A stretch of 64,000 nt of DNA from Macrostomum lignano (taxonomy: Eukaryota), in contig NIVC01000586.1 of NCBI GenBank assembly GCA_002269645.1, positions 124,001 to 188,000 of the forward strand, given 5' to 3'. Positions 59,301 to 64,000 of this stretch are shown one piece after another. Position 1 is the first letter of the stretch. Each line of letters begins with the position of its first letter. The translations under genes and the position numbers were made by a program. Below the pieces are notes generated by a model. That model was not told the DNA's origin and searched no databases. It worked only from the letters and a program-made list of their open reading frames with translations.

Positions 59301-62300
59301 CTGAGGGGCGATTCTTAGGCTTGGCTGAGGGGCGATTCTTGGGCTTGGCTGAGGGGCGATTTTTTGGGCTTGGCTGAGGGGCGATTCTTGGGCTTGGCTG
59401 AGGGGTGATTCTTGGGCTTGGCTGAGGGGCGATTCTTGGGCTTGGCTGAGGGGCGATTCTTGGGCTTTGCTGAGGGGCGATTCTTGGGTTTGACTGAGTG
59501 GCGATTTTTGGGTTTGACTGAGGGGCGATTTTTGGGCTTGATTGAGAGTAATTCTTGGGCTTGACTGAGGGGCGATTTTTTGGTCTTGACTGAGGGGCGA
59601 TTCTTGGGCTTGGCTGAGGGGCGATTCTTGGGCTTGGCTGAGGGGCGATTCTTGGGCTTGGCTGAGGGGTGATTCTTGGGCTTGGCTGAGGGGCGATTTT
59701 TGGGCTTGGCTGAGGGGCGATTCTCGGGCTTGGCTGAGGGGCGATTCTTGGGTTTGACTGAGGGGCGATTCTTGGGCTTGGCTGAGAGTAATTCTTGGGC
59801 TTGACTGAGGGGCGATTTTTTGGGCTTGACTGAGGGGTGATTCTTGGGCTTGGCTGAGGGGCGATTCTAGAGTTGGCTGAGAGGCGATTCTTGGGCTTGG
59901 CTTGCCATTTGGATGCAATAGGATATCCAGAATATATTAAATAATTCGCACCTGACTGCCCTGATAGTTCCGCTCCACCCCAGCCAGGCAGTCCAGCAGA
60001 GACTGGCGCAGCAGAGGCACGGCTCCGGCGCGGTCAAGGCCGGTCAGCTTGCTCAGCATGAGGTCCAGCGCCTTCCGCCTGACCGCAGGCTCTGGCCGGG
60101 CCAGCAGGCCGCAGACGACCCGCAGGAATTGAACACCCGGCACCGCCTGCTCGGCCCGCTCGATGGTTCGAACGCACAGGCTGGCCAGATGGCGGCCCTG
60201 CTGCTGTTGCTGGGGCCCGGTTGCCCATAGCAACGCGTTGACTAAAGCCTCGAACAGCTGCGTCATCGCTGCGGCCGAGTTCTCGGCTTCGGCCATGCCG
60301 GCAAGAAGGTCCCGCCGGCTCAGGTGGGCGCCGACAAAGTTGAGCGCGGACTCCAGCTGGGCCGGCAGCTCGGCGGCGGCCGCTGTGGCGGGCAGCAGCG
60401 CGGACTCGAGCTCTTCGTCCAGCTCGTCGAAGCCGAAATATTCGTCGCCGCCGAATTCGTCAGCCGCCTTGTCCAGCTCGAGAAAGGGCAAGGCGGAGAC
60501 GGCCGATGATGAGGCGCCCAAGGATGCTGGATCGATGCGGCGCAGCAGGTAGCGGATGAGGCCGGCACAGGCCAGCAGCTGCTCGGAGACGGCGAACTCG
60601 GCCAGCACGCTGGAGCCGAGACTGTCGAACTGCTGCGGCTGCTGCTGCTGAGCTGCTGCCGCCGGCGGGTCCTCCGAGATCGACACCGAGGTCGACAGTC
60701 GGCGTCGCCGGGTCGGCGGCTCGAACTGGCCGTCGGCCTCGCCATCTTCGCTCTCAGAAAGTCGCTGCTGCTGCGATTGTGGCTGGCGCCGTTTCCGCCG
60801 CTGCTGCTGCAGGGAGCGCGCGCGCCGATTCAACAGCAGCAGCAGCGCCCAAAGGTGGGCGCCGGTGCCGACGGACTCGACCAGCTGGGCGAAGACTTCA
60901 GGACGGCGACTCGGCGACATGTCCTCGTAGGCTGACAGCAGCTGGGCGAGAAGCGGCACGCTTGAGGGATTGCATCTGGCAGCGATAGAGCGGGGAACGC
61001 GAAGTGACAATTTGGCGGTTCGATGGGGCGGTTCTATGGGGCGGATTGGGGGGCGGTTTTATGGAGCGGATCAGGGGGCGGTTCTATGGGGCGGATCGGG
61101 GGGGGGGGTTCTATGGGGCGGATCGGAGAGCGGTTATATGGGGCGGATTGGGGGTCTGCTCAAACACAGATCACGGATCCTACCTAGCATAGGCTGGCAG
61201 CACGGATCCCACCAGTCCGCGCCACAGTTCCTCGCTGTGCCGATCTGCCCGGCCGAAAAACCCGCCGCCGACCAAGAAGTCAACGAGGCCGCGGCAGCAG
61301 GCGGCGGCGCTGGCCGGGGCCAGGCGGCAAAGGCGGCACAGCAGGCCCACGGCGGCGTACTGGCAGCTCCGATCGGACACGGCCCGGGCGCAGCTGAGCA
61401 CCGCCTGCAGCGGAATCAGATCGGCCAGCCCGCTGACTCGGCAATCGGCGTCCGGCGTCCGAGCGGCGGCCCGGTCTGCAGCCACTAGACACAGGCCGAT
61501 GTCCGACACTAAAGTGGTTGACTCCTCTTCTGCTTGTTGATTGCTGGCGTCTAGCCGAGCGTGCGCCTGCACCAGACTGCGGTGGGTGATGGGCGTTAAT
61601 GATGGCCGCTTAGGTCACTTTAATCCAATCCCTCTGCTACTTATATTAATCTTTACTTCCCTCAGGTCATTTCCGCTACCCTCAGGTAACTTCCGCTACC
61701 CTCAGGTAACTTCCGCTACCCTCAGGTAACTTCCGCTACCCTCAGGTAACTTCCGCTACCCTCAGGTATTTACTGCTACCCTCAGGTAACTTCCGCTACC
61801 CTCAGGTAACTTCCGCTACCCTCAGGTAACTTCCGCTACCCTCAGGTAACTTCCGCTACCCTTAGGTAACTTCCGCTACCCTTAGGTAACTTCCGCTACC
61901 ATTAGGTAACTTCCGCTACCATTAGGTAACTTCCGCTACCCTCAGGTAACTTCCGCTACCCTTAGGTAACTTCCGCTACCCTTAGGTAACTTCCGCTACC
62001 CTCAGGTAACTTCCGCTACCCTCAGGTAACTTCTGCTAACCCCATTAAGTTTCAACTAACCTCAAGTACCTTCCGCTAAACTCAGCCAACGCCCAACAGT
62101 TAAGAAATATCGCTAAATCCGCAGATAACGGTCACACTTGAAGAACTCACATTTGCAGCACCTCCAGCAGCCGAATCACCAGCTGCAGCCCGCTGTCCAG
62201 CTGATCAGCGCTGGCATCGGAGCAGCTGGCCATGCGGAACAGCAGCCGAGCCTGCCGCTTATCCGATGCCGGCATGTCCAAGTAGGCGTTGCCCTGGCTT

Positions 62301-62520
62301 GAAATGCTTCTGCGCCTGCAGTTCCAAGTTTATGATAATGATGATAGTGGTGGTGGTAATGGTGACGATGATGATGATGATGTCGATGATAATGGCTATG
62401 ATGGCGATGATGATGGTGGTGGTGGTGATGATTATGGTGATAATGATGGCGATGATGATGATGGTGATGATTGTGGTGATTATGATGATGATAATGGTGG
62501 TGATGAAGATGGTGAGAATT

Positions 62521-62555
<35 letters not shown>

Positions 62556-64000
62556 AATAATGGTGGTGATGAAGATGGTGAGAATTATGGTGATGAAGAT
62601 GATGATGATGATGATGATGATAATGGTGGTGATGAAGATGGTGAGAATTATGGTGATGATGATGATGATGGTGGTGGTGGTGATGGTGAGAATTATGGTG
62701 ATGATGGCGATGATGGTGGTGGTGGTGATGGTGAGTCTTTCCTAGAAACTGACCCCTCAATTCAGCCACTCACTTGGCAGATAGATTCTGTATAGAAGCC
62801 CGAGTTGGCACCAGGCCAAACAGGTTGGCCAGAGCGTCCAGATACACGACAGTCTCCACGCTGTAGCCGCACGCCAACGCCAGTACGTCGGGATCTTCTG
62901 TCAACGGAGTCGAACCTAAACCCTCGGTTAGGTAGGCCAGCTTCATTGCCGGGCTCAGGGTGTTGAATACGGCCGGAGTGACCTGGAATAAAATTGAGGT
63001 CAATGACCCCATAAAATCAGGATAAAGACCCCATGAAATTAGGACAAAGACCCCATGAAATTAGGACAAAGACCCCATGAAATCAGGACAAAGACCCCAT
63101 GAAATCAGGATAAAGACCCCATGAAATTAGGACAAAGACCCCATGAAATCAGGACAAAGACCCCATGAAATCAGGACAGACACCCCATGAAATCAGGACA
63201 GATACCCCATAAAATCAGGACAAAGACCCCATGAAATCAGGACAAACACCCCATGAAATCAGGATAAAGACCCATGAAATCAGGACAAAGACCCCATGAA
63301 ATCAGGATAAAGACCCATGAAATCAGGACAAAGACCCCATGAAATCAGGATAGACCCCATAAAATCAGGACAAAGACCCCATGAAATCAGGACAAACACC
63401 CCATGAAATCAGGATAAAGACCCATGAAATCAGGACAAACACCCCATGAAATCAGGATAAAGACCCATGAAATCAGGACAAACACCCCATGAAATCAGGA
63501 CAAACACCCCATGAAATTAGGACAAACACCCCATGAAATCAGGACAAACACCCCATGAAATCAGGACAACGACCCTAATCAGTATAGATATCTTACTAAG
63601 AAAAATGGTATTAATCAACCAACTGAAAACAAAGACCGCATTAGCAATGTTAACAAACCAACCTTCATGGCAACGGCCCGAGCAAGGCTAGGGTCTGGCA
63701 GGCGGATCATTCTTAACAGCAGGCCAAGGCCGCCGGCCTCGGAATCTCTGCCGCCGTCGTCGTCGCCGCCGCCAGGCTGCTCGGCGACCAGCGCCGCCAG
63801 CCGCAGCTCCGGCAGGAAGTGCAGCTGGCCCAGCAGGCAGCGCCGTTGAATTGGCGTCAGCGCGGAGCAGCCGGCCAGACCGCCGGCCAGCTCGGCCATG
63901 GACAGCCAAACCAGCCGGCAGCAGGCCGGGCCGAGCTGCTGCCGCATCACCCACTGCCTGTCGTGCTGGATCGCCCGGGCGTCGTTGAGCAGCGCCTCGA
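56389..64000 (-). CDS. HEATR1: HEATR1/UTP10/BAP28, 5'-partial; exons >64000-63663, 62982-62774, 62315-62151, 61576-61184, 60975-59952, 59062-58636, 57985-57486, 57024-56389
   Basis: All eight exons join in phase. C-terminus VRLASLRAI..L..CVPALAELAEDDSEEVERLAQRLLADIEQRAGEPL matches HEATR1 (VRFAALITV..ESIPFLAELMEDECEEVEHQCQKTIQQLETVLGEPL); also RRPEVFAQLVESVG..LWALLLLL and VRRKALDLM..KL. Confidence 0.92.
57090..57470. repeat. Degenerate GGGATT/GGGACT-based repeat in HEATR1 last intron
   Basis: Direct reading. Confidence 0.88.
58015..58620. repeat. 25-bp minisatellite GAGACTGGAAGACATGATGGTACAT in a HEATR1 intron
   Basis: Direct reading. Confidence 0.95.
59100..59900. repeat. 24-bp minisatellite CTTGGCTGAGGGGCGATTCTTGGG in a HEATR1 intron
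   Basis: Direct reading. Confidence 0.95.
61015..61150. repeat. ~22-bp repeat GGGCGGTTCTATGGGGCGGATC in a short HEATR1 intron
   Basis: About 5-6 imperfect copies. Confidence 0.85.
61660..62040. repeat. 20-bp minisatellite CCCTCAGGTAACTTCCGCTA in a HEATR1 intron
   Basis: Direct reading, about 19 copies. Confidence 0.95.
62330..62735. repeat. (GAT/GGT)n trinucleotide mosaic in a HEATR1 intron
   Basis: Direct reading; bounded by GT-AG sites at 62773 and 62316. Confidence 0.95.
63005..63575. repeat. 21/22-bp minisatellite CCCCATGAAATCAGGACAAAGA in a HEATR1 intron
   Basis: Direct reading. Confidence 0.95.

Noticed and set aside
62176-62795. His-rich, Met-rich and Asp/Gly-rich ORFs
   Set aside because: A trinucleotide repeat lying wholly inside a GT-AG HEATR1 intron whose flanking exons join in phase.

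Overview
Eukaryotic (metazoan) genomic DNA, not prokaryotic. It has GC3-rich spliced exons with GT-AG introns and very dense minisatellites; the style suggests the flatworm Macrostomum lignano or a relative (inference only). Host genes reconstructed by hand from splice sites and reading phase: a secreted PAN/apple-like + ALK/LTK-type glycine-rich protein (+, 3502-4955, intact); TMEM147 (+, exons 2-3 only); a secreted fibrinogen-domain protein (-, 1-nt frameshift); RPA1/RPA70 (+, in-frame TGA before DBD-C); tRNA-Ser(GCT); hnRNP L (-, intact, 594 aa); and the 3' part of HEATR1/UTP10 (-). Mobile DNA: a degenerate Gypsy pol remnant; a two-LTR but defective Mag-type Gypsy with a 1.5-kb in-frame repeat in the integrase tail, nested in a 19-bp satellite that is itself nested in a Helitron-like element; a young 5'-truncated LOA/R1-group LINE with intact ORF2 and a 12-bp TSD; a CORE-SINE; a second tRNA-SINE; and hAT-, Harbinger- and foldback-type non-autonomous elements. 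The most notable observations are (i) reverse-complementary GACA/TGTC microsatellites flanking hnRNP L exon 4 plus an array of decoy 5' splice sites, (ii) almost every long intron filled by its own minisatellite, mostly C-rich on the sense strand, (iii) a soluble ALK-ectodomain-like protein, and (iv) several lesions suggesting a decaying duplicated segment. All homology calls are from recalled motifs; no searches were run.
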